64,000 bases of DNA from Cenarchaeum sp. (GTDB lineage: Archaea > Thermoproteota > Nitrososphaeria > Nitrososphaerales > Nitrosopumilaceae), in NCBI GenBank assembly GCA_963693095.2, contig OY843768.1, positions 1,216,001 through 1,280,000 of the forward strand. Direction: 5' to 3'. Both the position numbers and the translations under genes were made by a program. Of this stretch, positions 61,801-64,000 are shown piece by piece. Positions within the stretch are counted from its first letter, which is position 1. Each line of letters starts with the position of its first letter. The notes beneath the pieces are model-generated. The model saw nothing but the letters and a program-made list of their open reading frames with translations, searched no databases and had not been told where the DNA came from.

Positions 61801-64000
61801 TGGGGGCCTGCGCCGTGTGGGCCGTTGGCTCGCCCGTGGTGACGGCGAGTGTGCCCCTGGTGGTGACCACCAGGCGATCGCCGCTCGGCAGCACGACTGC
61901 CCCGTCAAAGAGGATCTCGACGGTGTTGGGCGCCGTAAAGCTCGCCAGCTGCGGCCGCGGCGGCGCGCCGTCGGTGGCCGTGACGGGGCTTCCGGCCGTG
62001 GAAGCCACGAGGTTGCCGGCCCTGTCGGCCAGGAGCGCCTGCCCCTCGTCCAGATCGTCCACGGCCGGCCGCACGTACGAGACGTCCGGCGTCGAGTCCG
62101 TCGATGGGAGATTAGCGTGTAGGATCACCGTTTTCGTCCCGAGCGGCCCGATCGTGACTGCGTCCGATGGCGCCCCTGGGGGCACGCTCACGCCCGTGAC
62201 GTCGGGCGCGGCGCCCCCGTCCGAGATTGACCAGTCGTCCGCGCGCACCGTGCCCGTGAGAGGCTCCTCAAAGGCGAGCGCCGTGCGCCCCTGAGCCTGC
62301 GTCCTGGCCGTAAACACCGGCGGCGTGGTGTCCTCCACGGCAGACGAGGTCTCGTCGGCCAGCGCGTTGCCGGCCCTGTCGACTATCGAGCCGACCCTGT
62401 CGTCGGCCTGCGCGTCAAGGGTGAGCACTATCGTGTCAAGGGCAAGCGAGCCATAGCCGCCAAACCTCGGAGTGGTTGGCGTGACCGTGGCGGTGCGCGC
62501 CTGCAGGTCATAGGCGACAGAGGCGGTGGTGGCCTGAGTGTCCGCGCCGGCGCCGGGCGCCCTCCCGCTGAACGTCCAGTCGTCCTCTGTCGGCAGGGTC
62601 TTGTTTTCTGCCATCAAGACGGGCTCGGAGAAGGTCACGGTGTGGACAGGGCTAGCGACGCCGCTCAGCGGCCTCTCTACCGTGAACGTCGGCGGCGCGC
62701 CGTCAGTGGCCGCAGTGTCGCGCGTGGCCACCTCGGATGTACCCTCGGCGAGGAACCCGTCGGCCGGCCTGTCGTCAGGCTTTGTGTACGCGACTTGCGG
62801 CGTGGCCGCCGTCGAGGAGAGCGCATTGTGCGTGATGAGGAGCTGCGTGATGTCAGTGCTCGACAGGAGCGTCTGCGTGACTCCGTCATTGGCTCCCGTC
62901 ATAGTCTCGGGCGTCGTCGTGACCGACGTCTGCCCCGCCTCGACCACAGTCGCCACGCTCAATGTCGTCAGCGCCACGTTGTCCGCCGAGACGGCCGCGT
63001 CGTTCTCGGTGACCGTCCAGTCGTCCACGTCGAGCGTGCCGACGAGCGCAGCGCCGTTGAACGTGACGAGCGTCGTAGTCAGGCTAGCAGTGGCGGCCGT
63101 GAATGGAACCACTGCAACGGTCGCCGTGTACGTCGCGCCCGTTGATGCGCCGACGTCGATCCTGTTGGTCGAGTCGGCCACGTCTGTGATCGTGTCAGCG
63201 GCGTGGATCGTGTATGCCGTGGCCTCAGTTGCCTCGGTGCCGAGCTCTAGCGTGTACGTCGAGTCTGCCGTGCGCGAGGCCGACGTCACCGAGAGGACGC
63301 CTCCGTCATGGGTCACGCGCCAGCCATCATTAGTGTTGACCGTGCCCACGTCACTCACGTCCTCGCTGAACGTGACGCTGACCGTGTCAGCGTCGGTGAA
63401 CCGCGCGGACTCGATGGACGGCGCAACCATGTCAGCGGCCGTGATTCCATCACCGCTAGTCGATGCGAGCTTTTCTCCGGACCCGCTGACTAGCACGACA
63501 GTGGAGGGGATCCCGTCTGGGCGCCCGGGGTTTATGCCAAAGTTGGGCGGCTGCGTGTATGTCACCAGGGGCGTCGCGTCAGTCGCCTGGGCGACAGGCA
63601 GGACGAACGTGATGGACATGACGGGCAGCTGGAACGTGCCGGCAGTGATGTCGCCGGGTATGACCGGCGCCGTGCCGGCGACGGTCCAGTGGCTTGCAGC
63701 CGTTGAGCCGGTGACCGGCTCGGAGAATCTCACCGTGAGCGACGTCGGCGTGTCAAGCGTCGCCGTTATCGTCAGCGGCACGCCAAAGGGCATCGGCGTC
63801 CTCTCGGAGGCCGCGTGGGCCACAGGCGACGGGGCAATGTCAGTGAGGGCAGAGCCGACTGCAAGGTGGTATGTGCTGCCCGATGAGACAGGCGTGTCAA
63901 TGTCCACCGTGATGAAAGAGTTGAGGATGTGCGCGGCGTTTGAGGTGCGTGTAGGCGTGGAGCGCACTGGCGTGCCCGTGCCGGCTGCCACCTGCGTCCC
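34628..64000 (-). CDS. Giant T/A/D-rich repeat surface protein with tandem Ig-like (Big_5/SwmB-like) modules; N-terminus lies outside the window
   Basis: Stop-free frame to the window end. Many ~100-120-aa modules D..APT...F.E.V...W...Y...D.AGN. The last ~65 aa are R/S-rich out-of-frame text. Confidence 0.9.
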   Translation of the reverse strand, partial: GTQVAAGTGTPVRSTPTRTSNAAHILNSFITVDIDTPVSSGSTYHLAVGSALTDIAPSPVAHAASERTPMPFGVPLTITATLDTPTSLTVRFSEPVTGSTAASHWTVAGTAPVIPGDITAGTFQLPVMSITFVLPVAQATDATPLVTYTQPPNFGINPGRPDGIPSTVVLVSGSGEKLASTSGDGITAADMVAPSIESARFTDADTVSVTFSEDVSDVGTVNTNDGWRVTHDGGVLSVTSASRTADSTYTLELGTEATEATAYTIHAADTITDVADSTNRIDVGASTGATYTATVAVVPFTAATASLTTTLVTFNGAALVGTLDVDDWTVTENDAAVSADNVALTTLSVATVVEAGQTSVTTTPETMTGANDGVTQTLLSSTDITQLLITHNALSSTAATPQVAYTKPDDRPADGFLAEGTSEVATRDTAATDGAPPTFTVERPLSGVASPVHTVTFSEPVLMAENKTLPTEDDWTFSGRAPGAGADTQATTASVAYDLQARTATVTPTTPRFGGYGSLALDTIVLTLDAQADDRVGSIVDRAGNALADETSSAVEDTTPPVFTARTQAQGRTALAFEEPLTGTVRADDWSISDGGAAPDVTGVSVPPGAPSDAVTIGPLGTKTVILHANLPSTDSTPDVSYVRPAVDDLDEGQALLADRAGNLVASTAGSPVTATDGAPPRPQLASFTAPNTVEILFDGAVVLPSGDRLVVTTRGTLAVTTGEPTAHTAQAPNPFDPAGDEYGPGSGLRFTLDASVTSGEYILNVDNIHDAAGNSVSGNVRVPGFADYGQPPKATAIAFEVYDDTDTDGAGTDDTLDLSTLKAGDYALHAMADETVRLVLTLHEAVAAAPQIRVPGTDRTDTAEAMNDGGDNDVLTWQHDMTIMSTTAETDDLAFTFMITATDAATNAASITQASGLDTGVTVSVPTIDTTAPTANAAFTAARTLVITVDEALLNTPTQVEGYTFTVSAGGNTVSLATEDLAANPQVRPIVYDATARTITLTLAADAAAAEHAVTLPTALADRAGNAFASSTARATYTPPAPFEATTRSLTTTLVTFDGGALAGTLDVADWTVTDDDTGGADADAELVISSISTVVADGQTSVTATPATTGPTVAPVTQEILPGANAEQLLITHDPLSSTAATPRVDYAGGDLDEGSADVADGGADAADGVAPTLIAERPTQDRDDKTHIVTFSEPVMLAFGKELPMAGDWEFSGRTISGGNLATFEASSGSYTVESALGYAIDLGAGDRVTLVPKEPSRRDQRINDAPTFSQIDPATVMITFETQIDDRVGSIVDESDNALADGASTPVGDFTAPTFTARTLELTRTEVVFSEAVTGMARAADWSVSGSQATGVSATRGGAGTATLERTGESDMYLVHADLASTGAEPIVSYTRPSGSAGTLADRATNTMGTVGTPLDATAEDGIAPLVEGAVLDASTNTITLTFGEGLDPDTATAANIAVHGFTPPVGRTSALPLDASHGTAGVLYTAGAADSADSTVSLRLVSTDSSSAYKVVLTRSVADTDGNAYSTVSTPVTTIDSNDITVLRDDTSAPLATAIAVTVHDGAATVPAKTGAAADFAGIGDTVRIVLTLNEPAGGAPTIAVAGATHTMINTGAAGAASWRHDLVVTATTPETAALDFTITATDGVNEGEITATAGHSGTLTVSRPAIDVTVPTLVSSAFVGNDIVLTFSETVTVTGDISVTPPSGSLTPYGATASGMNISVDVNADTDGDYAVSIPATVLDLAGNALVAVDRTVSYAPAAAPMATAITVTVHDGDPDTVAAKMGAAADFAGIDDTIRVAIELNKDASEAPTIVINGLDSVSMMNTGGSNEMTWHYDLGVSDSTTETAELDFTITVTDGTTEGTITPTSGHSGTLTVHRPAIDVTLPTASSVTTVVRLPGDGADASVDTVAGIGDDVRVTLTASEELVTAKEDIELFGRTGENVVNANSVEDAGTNAYAYVRTIVVGDADGALAFSITLRDRAGNEATVSETHSTVAARVTVDATAPTLESAETTSTGALEVTLSEAVTGTSPNGDWAVAGATNVAVSPFTGSTTTITLTYTDIVDTSFAPIVTYSGTTLADSARNALGAGPVTAADGVAPTATVTATVRLEDATADSTTVRLAGIDDEVRVNVDAGEALTTAVSDIALFGESTPADSVDTAAGNNMYSYVRTIAASDASGALTFSLTIRDTAGNTATFTQADVTPNVTVDSDAPTFSAELTSASTVKITFVENVLGTTAFGEWAVADSAPESLSLTEDGTAVTSDLEITAATNVLYITLDSARAGTDLGGLTAAGVTYTPRGTNPLADTAGNAFVAVSGEVAATAVTDKAAPTFTAMFDDATTITVTFTEDVTNVTTITGDAGWSVELGSTAVGLDSAMRTADSTYTLELTTGVAAGMEHTIHAANAIADVSDAANEIDDGAMTTATYMASTQTDTTAPTFTARVFNASHTVVLFDEPIQGMASAADWSITLPDQNLGSVNVVIPLGRSHTSADRGSTTIPSDPPFTGLLVVAIDQEGNDPTWTPAETPTVTYTRPSSGGLTDVVTAGDTPNMLLTGSAVAPVNDGTGPTAASAAFEGARMITVMFSEDVVFTMAPVGSLYATDDGWTVTSPMGNVDVASVAQTAPDEYTLTLVADAALNRVYTVTPDAQVSDLHGNAVSDATVTATRSTSDTTAPTLESAATTSTETLEVTLSEAVTGAGVNAEWSAVDGTTTAAISTVDVSDDTVTLTYATIADTSFAPTVTYRGTGLADSAGNAIAFDAGTSEATILATDALRPAIMSATFTAADTIVVTFTEPVDEDTSTTAGTGWSVAAGSTSLTVSNVGFASPTYTLTVSDVVPGTEYTINAADTIDDLVTPTANRVLSTESDTATYTALDYTARATSTTTTLLTLAGALASAVTTSTDLDETKWTVEDAVRVEGEDRVPASLRTVSLAAVTTTGATPTVTLTHAPLTVTQTPLITYVPGTQADLVGDGDVPLTTTGVRAADGIAPTATAAFDTELVVGDDTFSTIRIKFSEALSSITGATFAVNGPRDDSGNGPTVALRQDDLATGGIDESDTNAVYAAGPPPTVTLTLNTDVADGIYTVTLTGISDENSNVYAAGTISARSPVDFVPPRTDFYVSSSSFTSLDTLRLEFSGILVNTDGALDGVTFAVSGPRVDSGDAGPAVTLLQEGSSLSASAVSHTLVTESLPGMAPTPINSVVTLRLDADAADGEYTVAITGAKQAADANATPPRAERAYEAGDVAVTLGPLEPRAVAIEITVTDTNDAARTGEATSLARAGDKIVITATLADTTASAPVIRAFGTTTSVNDVETTTFGGSAVPMTAGVNVREWTTTFTVSAADADPPMPAADGQFTFRMSADCTDANDAAADRDGCVDTDHDDAALLGASLPTIDRTAPVIEDVTFTTVNAASANALVVEFSEPIAAGTLSRTSLTVTTGTGASVVNVALVADDATEEGDSALLHNGATVTIVLAAALVDGTTYAITPTSALTDIAGNAYAASPYDATYGSLGYDARSVSRTTTVLTFDAMLDSSLEAGAALDASHWLVEDIAGTTPLALRITSVAPSTVGTTTVIDVAFSEALDSSTVTASSITATDSDGTALTPTVSHSPASQVVRLTFDPALPVDRYTISASTTVASTGGEALASAVSRTFNWNPASPPEASFDEDGNLKARSSSDAARNVVSATLTMAGTSPQVTIVHSPLINTGTPVISYAQCDAACLVGASGTAVTTERQVAVDGAPPVVINAMRTSEGKISIPFHESVAGTDMATFVVNGPRVNPSDAGPAVPLHATRATAVSYDGDRRTITLTLASPLPDTDEYTVTMTGLADTASPANPYDAADTVRISPIDMRPPVESVAFTTPSSLLVTFGLRAAGLDDMVGAEVCGTATEQGVSVFRCVLVAPDAADSTGLTDTSVSYRRVTSSVVNGETVLAPSSSSTLAGATFELRGPRVSSTDAGPVVGISHAWYSGVPPPTVGIALVSPVAPGAYSLSIAGVTGVTQLRDELVTSIDVTLEAPSRAATAIEYTVLKENDSGIKVAVDPEDDPTAWYVKAGDDIRLTVTLNEAVTPAPQVRLVGKVTADDAVTANVDESLGVPMSAVSARDNTWTTTYTVETAAQNAGLLNGPFTFEIPHPEGMSAGPTITGSSGHAAPLIAANNGVPIGPVVDTDPSSATFEQVLDRLHSAPTPPTIDRTAPTIATVSFVAAPSSESAPNAIRIMFDERIAPATLTRASLPVSAVDSAGATLTVTLIADNSEPGDAAILISEVNSGVGSGASQYTTVTIVLDSALTGGATYTLTPAATVTDLAGNAQALTGENTRAVSATYSAPPAALTYTAVTVSPTQTTVAFEAALHARITTSTDLDEAKWVVEDIAGASPATTPSAADDRAVTAITVTAVGTSPVLTLTHEALTETSSALVSYRPSLGGPPTFDAAGAPITSQQGTAAGHDIAGANGAAVSTAAVHATAAGAPTVRTVFESSSSTRTILLNEDVSGTPSVQMRTAGTGAYAAAAVEATAGRAILVASTLSGSVDVSITGIRSTTVEATGVPVATDRIDTDVYIVPDDATAATVVARDASYGLREASGRAMAPLSASFNVAGEDELALIAVDLPDGGMTVRLLFSEDIDPASVGASAFEVTGPSPSTAPLGIATAALHGSLSNVVTLGMDAAITAEGSYLVTARAADGIRQADTSVPGSDTIRGAALAADSAAVFHVAAAGTATLTAAAPSGAQTVVATLTSAIDTTSAGPQAFRIVGPAGAQQYHTIASTTATSATSATSVSISMRAALQAGTYTLETIEPPRATGLTLNLDSLDGVKGTGTDPDTVDAPITARIDGAELVIASATTFTFGSAPEAVLLERAALDKDETYSAPTTSPTDADTAAAAAITAIIESDAAARALGARGDALSSVPLVEVGSESLGISLSAPASLRIAGDASSTGAMRAFYLSGAADNVVNAVPECADSVTLTAAPTLGAGEDCYFEDGTDVIIWTRHMTQFGATTTEPPLTFVAASTSATQTLVTFSLPVSGTTVAAEWAVNGAPATGVAPDGAATQTLDDDYTLTLTHADAGTAARESVTYTGSTGQSSPVLSSGTGDDTTVLAAPGATVSAGALGDAASPTFTAAFLDADTITLTPSEALDADTVVVANFEISGPDGSDAGSLRDILALGTTTPVEYTAGTTTIALNLAESATENGLYVIRPSTSVTDVRGNAYVSNAGSLATGSVFAATDATATYTPTAAPMATAVAYTVFEGTTTTERASPYASHARAGDTIRLSITLDGAASSVSVLFVGKTATADAVPMTQVTGINEWRASYLVETTGSIEGAFTFDATVTAASGSTRPVDETTLSATTPPTIDRVAPTFVSSAFVGNDIVLTFSETVTVTGDISVTPPSGSLTPYGATASGMTVTINVNADTNGGYLVKVPATILDLADNAFAAVERTLQYTAPAPTITGATLDTPTSVIVTFSAVLDGETDADEWRVANVAPASVAAGGSPVDAGTTLTIGTATMTLTLTLASLNAQDADATPIVTYTRPTGTNANSLDNAAGTPLATTLSPHVTAADMIDPSIDSARFTAADMIEVTFTEDVTNVTTIMGDAGWSVELGSTPVGLDSAARTDDSTYTLELTTGVAAGMEHTIHAANAIADVSSAANAIDADAMTTATYTASTQTDTTAPTFTARVFNTTHVAVKFDEPIQGMTAVADWAIVKTGTTTPTLVTATQDPGAGNNAPRLKGSATILAAHEFDGLLYVGALKTDPFLALTDTPTVTYTQPATGGLTDVVPQGDTPNRVQTGSTVAMAGDTTHPTITSAAFAGEHTITVTFSEDVVFVTGVANYATDDEWTVTSPRGSLAVESAERTSSDTYTLTLDSSVDTMPGRVYTVNPDHAVRNFNSQPETGGIMSATAVYDWPLDARTRTATTTLVTFDDGSLTGTLDVADWALNEAAPEAAASLAISSIATVTADGMNQVTATPVDGSTPAVMQVLGSTPAVTSLLITHAELSNTASVPIVTYTPPASAALVAGTTAVPADPVDAADGVPPALDVGDSLTMRTRENSLDPRVPIAPAGLSSESTEGVWVRIDPTETLYVDNRPILGDSITGGAGDTVAPADIRFFPDTAFEVTGQRAVDAGLGYYNYSHHVGAGSPEGLVTFELTVRDVVGNTATFTHEDLTTGATDGDGVAVPNAGYRVRIDKTAPTVMSSMFTDTDELTITFSEHMTAREPGERSGDVSLAEVPTDIASYPTTIPSGTVTLTGSAVYAEQATTSTITLTLASDSALDTAHTVTLPSTTVGSNTFGLFDDANNPLAATDTSATRSLRDETPPTVIDGTEFRRDATDPTVYRIWIPFSEALDSNTVLTANFDLVSNSNAVAFTAAYVAPTSSAPTPHVTLTLDTAPTQSAMYAVTIDAAVTDVAMNAVASGSRSVTAILDLTAPTVSSAAFSVLSTIVLTVSEALDTDTVTGLTIVGLGGATDLTVSSAENMGSSAPYTVHVTTSDATANARYTLTVPTTVTDASSTPNALAAAATFTITAPATGGTINTPTVMSAQTTSRETTAVTFSGTLALGETSVSDWMLGSVQPTSLRAGSHNTAATSPSATLDMGDVSITPSDTITLVYPTMGTGVTPIVQYDGMGTITASGAPGVVPATASPHVTATDGVAPFVMTATYAETNREITLTFSEGLLASTAVAANFEVRGFDDSAHTRSASALALDTTYDTDGVLYTAGDSASETSTVSIRLAADDDHDDYKVIITDSVTDTKANPYVPIVNPDDNPLIDDSDIDVEKDDTTAPRATEISIIVHDGTPGASTAKTGQYATFAGIDDTIRLDITLDEDASGTPTIDVAGETGENMDDGEDSDAKTWRYDLDVSGTTTEGALAFTITVTDGTTSGMITATTGHVGTLSPSRPTIDRTAPTATVTTSVRLEDASSDSATVTTAGIGDELRVTLTASEALDARVADIDLFGSAAEDADSVESTGTNAYAYVRTIVADDTDGDIEFTVTFRDRAGNAAASALTHGNAGARVTVDTTAPTIVSAATTSTTTLTVTLSEAVTGAGMWSAVDGSTTAMISSAVVSGSTVTLTYAKIADTSFAPRVEYTGTGIVDAGRNALVSGSQQPATDGVAPTATAAFSGNSIVITFSEPVTGVTTMGVTEPTTTPMTTTETPRHNTGEATVRIDLTPTITVGTWTVTIPTTVTDVATNPSATTSVMAERRAAPMATVAYEVQDRDTGNARPSPYQNHARAGDTIILSLTLDENVETAPRVTFVGRTATGGNMVRVGDTNEWQRSYEVETTTVASGIDGRLTFDATLTGDTGSTRTVNADPATAPIIDRVEPTADAVFSGNSIVITFDENVYNVPATLSVKPPTTEAVSRTADHTDGATTVTISSITDLDIEAGTWTVTIPPAVTDVVGNARAAASASLTAERSAAPTATAAYAVFESDGTTQRTAPYANHARVDDMIRLSLTLSESVTTAPTVLFAGATTNPVTMVQVGSTDVWRATYTVLADTGDTAAAGSPFTFTATIEGNSGSTRPVTEALATPPTIDRVAPRITSAEFTEADTIVITLSEVLTGADSTIEGYTYGLTAPDNTNKPDDADANRDVIDLASTNPVNYDSTALTITLTLEDDATADVAYTVELPTALVDGAGIAFTTRTDDATYDPPAASTLEFTVMTGSPLAAKTDANANLAGIGNTIRIDLDLDEDVTAPPQITLAGRSTTSVAMTNAGDADASTWRHDHVVEATHASTTTSAPLDILIVATGTNGNVARITDMNGLASGTTVTLPEIDTVLPTSTALTAAVMLSGESADAAANTVAAIGDDVLVRLTAGEELVTAATDIVFFGRTGVNADAVTDGGSNLYTYDRTILDSDASGPLAFSLTMTDTAGNTATLTQTDLTATNVTVDAVAPTVTNTSHDDTTRTITLTFNEGLVMSTVVAANFEVYGFTEPATRSAELTLDATYDDDGVRYMPGSSDSAASMVLIRLSADDTYEAYKVVIDAAVMDTATNAYVPISNPDGDAATDDSDVTVPKRDTIPPMATVISVTVHDGAATLPAKTGAAAGFAGIDDTIRLDITLNEDASGTPTIDIAGATGISMDDRADSDATTWRYDLTVSTTTTETAELDFTIRVTDGDNPGTITATTGHVGTLVVDRPAIDRTVPAASSLTTTVRLEGASTDSSTVTLAGIDDVVRVNVAASEPLVTAVGDIALFGTSTDADSVDTGASNAYSYVRTILDSDANGPLAFSLTMRDRAGNTATLTQADVDGTNVTVDADAPTIVSAITASTTTLTVTLSEAVTGTSDAGHWSAIDTDPAVTAAISTADVSGSTVTLTYTGIEDTSFSPEVTYTAPSSGAPADAARNALGGGPVTAADGINPTAEAAFVANSIVITFSEPVDNVMPTLSVRPPTGSAVLRNVDHTDGTNTATIALSTPIAVGTWQVTIPDRVTDASDNARATVTVDAIRTNAPTATVTYEVQDQSTGNAKTAPYDNHAVVGDVIVLSFELSETVTTPPTVRLAGSTSSVMMTQGSTARDWSTEYTVLADAGDTAATGNAFTFIATVTGDTGAEGTVTEASTMPPTIDRVAPAISSAAFTEADTIIITLSEPLAGADFAIEGYTYDVTVPDGADSGTDPDDVPLAATDPVNYDATARTITLTLVDGATADVVHTVTLPTELRDRAGIAFTTSAEDATYSPPEASTLTFTVRVGSPLADKSGTYANLAGIGDTIRITLDLDDDVTAVPQITLAGRGTTSAAMTDAGDADASTWRHDYVVDAEHGSATATDPLDISILVTGNNGNVARITDMNGLASGTTVTLPLIDTARPTATVTATVRLEGEGSDAASGTIAGIDDDVRVNVAASEPLLTAVGDIALFGTSTAADSVATGTSNAYSYVRTILDSDASGTLAFSLTIRDTAGNTAALTQADLTGTNVTVDSSVPSLSSAATVSTGELTVTLSESLPSSATTEAGDWTAIDATLEPDVTAAISLADVSGNTVTITYTTITDTSFAPVLRYTGTGLADAGRNVVPSGAQVTAADGVAPTANAAFSDRTLTITFSEPVNGVPDTLTLTRPNGSTTGQAFTHDDGDRTATATFTVMPTPGTWRIAIPAAVTDVAGNARAAVSASIEAEATDGPMATAISYTVFESDGTTPRAAPYTGHARAGDVIGVSVTLDESASEPPTILFVGKTAPADTVTMTRVGMTDEWTASYTVEVGTTDIDFTFVMSATGAVSGAMSEIRETALSVTRPAIDRTVPTITAQTVSLESLTVSFSEDVSGTTSNTDWTVDGTQAASLAADNAAQVGDQTTSLRDEFTLHLAQANALAGGEATPAVEFTARTPPVLLDVAGNALDTVTVTAMDRIRPSLESIEFTSLTMITVTMSEPVNAGSLGTTLPTNSLNPRLGSLRVNYVANAESFTLRTDMATERVMYALTLPTRVTDANGNSIERGSASDYAPDVTPPTYVARTFNASHVIVTFSEPIQGTTAATEWTLDVPSSDLVTPDGAGRAVNAVADEPQPMSTERNDDTILASSAFTGPFYVGYVDPNVARFPVWGPGATPTVSFTMPSNGLTDVPLEGDMANALETTTDVTAADAIPPEAVSAVFDTATEVHITFNEDVSIRNRAGLTVSGLTVTGATAGMSDSIVVLTVDPPAVEGVAHTVSIARASVQDGGGNTLEANASFVNVMFQDILAFTASTFRAASGEYIRIVLDDSTAGRTAAGEWFIGVDPDGTAARLQPRSRQSARSAQTPWYRRLSTWSTYAQMGPSPSPTRYTSHTSRRTRARCLSWRTGRRRQTARRP
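46934..47240. repeat. ~307-bp near-identical dispersed repeat, copy 1 (copy 2 at 56645-56951)
   Basis: Offset of 9711 bp at both ends; encodes TFTEDVTNVTTI.GDAGWSVELGST...DTTAPTFTARVFN. Confidence 0.9.
47764..47893. repeat. 130-bp near-identical dispersed repeat, copy 1 (copy 2 at 58834-58963)
   Basis: Offset 11070 bp with two mismatches by eye; encodes VSSAFVGNDIVLTFSETVTVTGDISVTPPSGSLTPYGATASGM. Confidence 0.9.
56645..56951. repeat. ~307-bp dispersed repeat, copy 2
   Basis: Matches 46934-47240. Confidence 0.9.
58834..58963. repeat. 130-bp dispersed repeat, copy 2
   Basis: Matches 47764-47893. Confidence 0.9.

Noticed and set aside
34857-63493. Many long plus-strand ORFs (up to 685 aa)
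   Set aside because: Antisense shadows of the codon-biased, GC-rich giant gene; no recognisable motifs.

Overview
This is a high-GC archaeal window that reads as Nitrososphaerota (Nitrosopumilaceae/Cenarchaeum-like). The call rests on the tyw1-rdgB-bud32 block, top6A next to a membrane-anchored Hsp20, a CFI-box-CTERM cupredoxin and archaeal BRE/TATA promoters. It has three parts. (1) Housekeeping genes at 1-1892 and 28585-30141. (2) A ~24.6-kb accessory locus (1929-26530) that interleaves an archaeal type IV pilus set with a minimal T4SS-like set. The pilus set is a FlaI/TadA-type ATPase, a TadC/FlaJ-type platform protein, one clear pilin, two minor pilins and a 1019-aa pilin-headed protein. 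The T4SS-like set is a VirB4-like ATPase, a VirB6-like channel, a PrgI/VirB3-like protein and a VirB2-like 2-TM protein. The locus also encodes large surface proteins and a secreted protein with a catalytically degenerate thermonuclease domain. I see no integrase, relaxase or coupling protein, and an 11-6-11 dif-like palindrome sits at its right edge. (3) A giant repeat surface protein of at least ~10,760 aa (31710 to beyond 64000, minus strand), interrupted by a one-base frameshift near 34830 and built from shuffled Ig-like modules. Other observations: three scattered TM+coiled-coil genes share one promoter motif, and three tiny leader ORFs have stop codons overlapping the start of the next gene. 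I found no rRNA, tRNA or CRISPR. All family calls come from reading motifs by eye; no searches were run.
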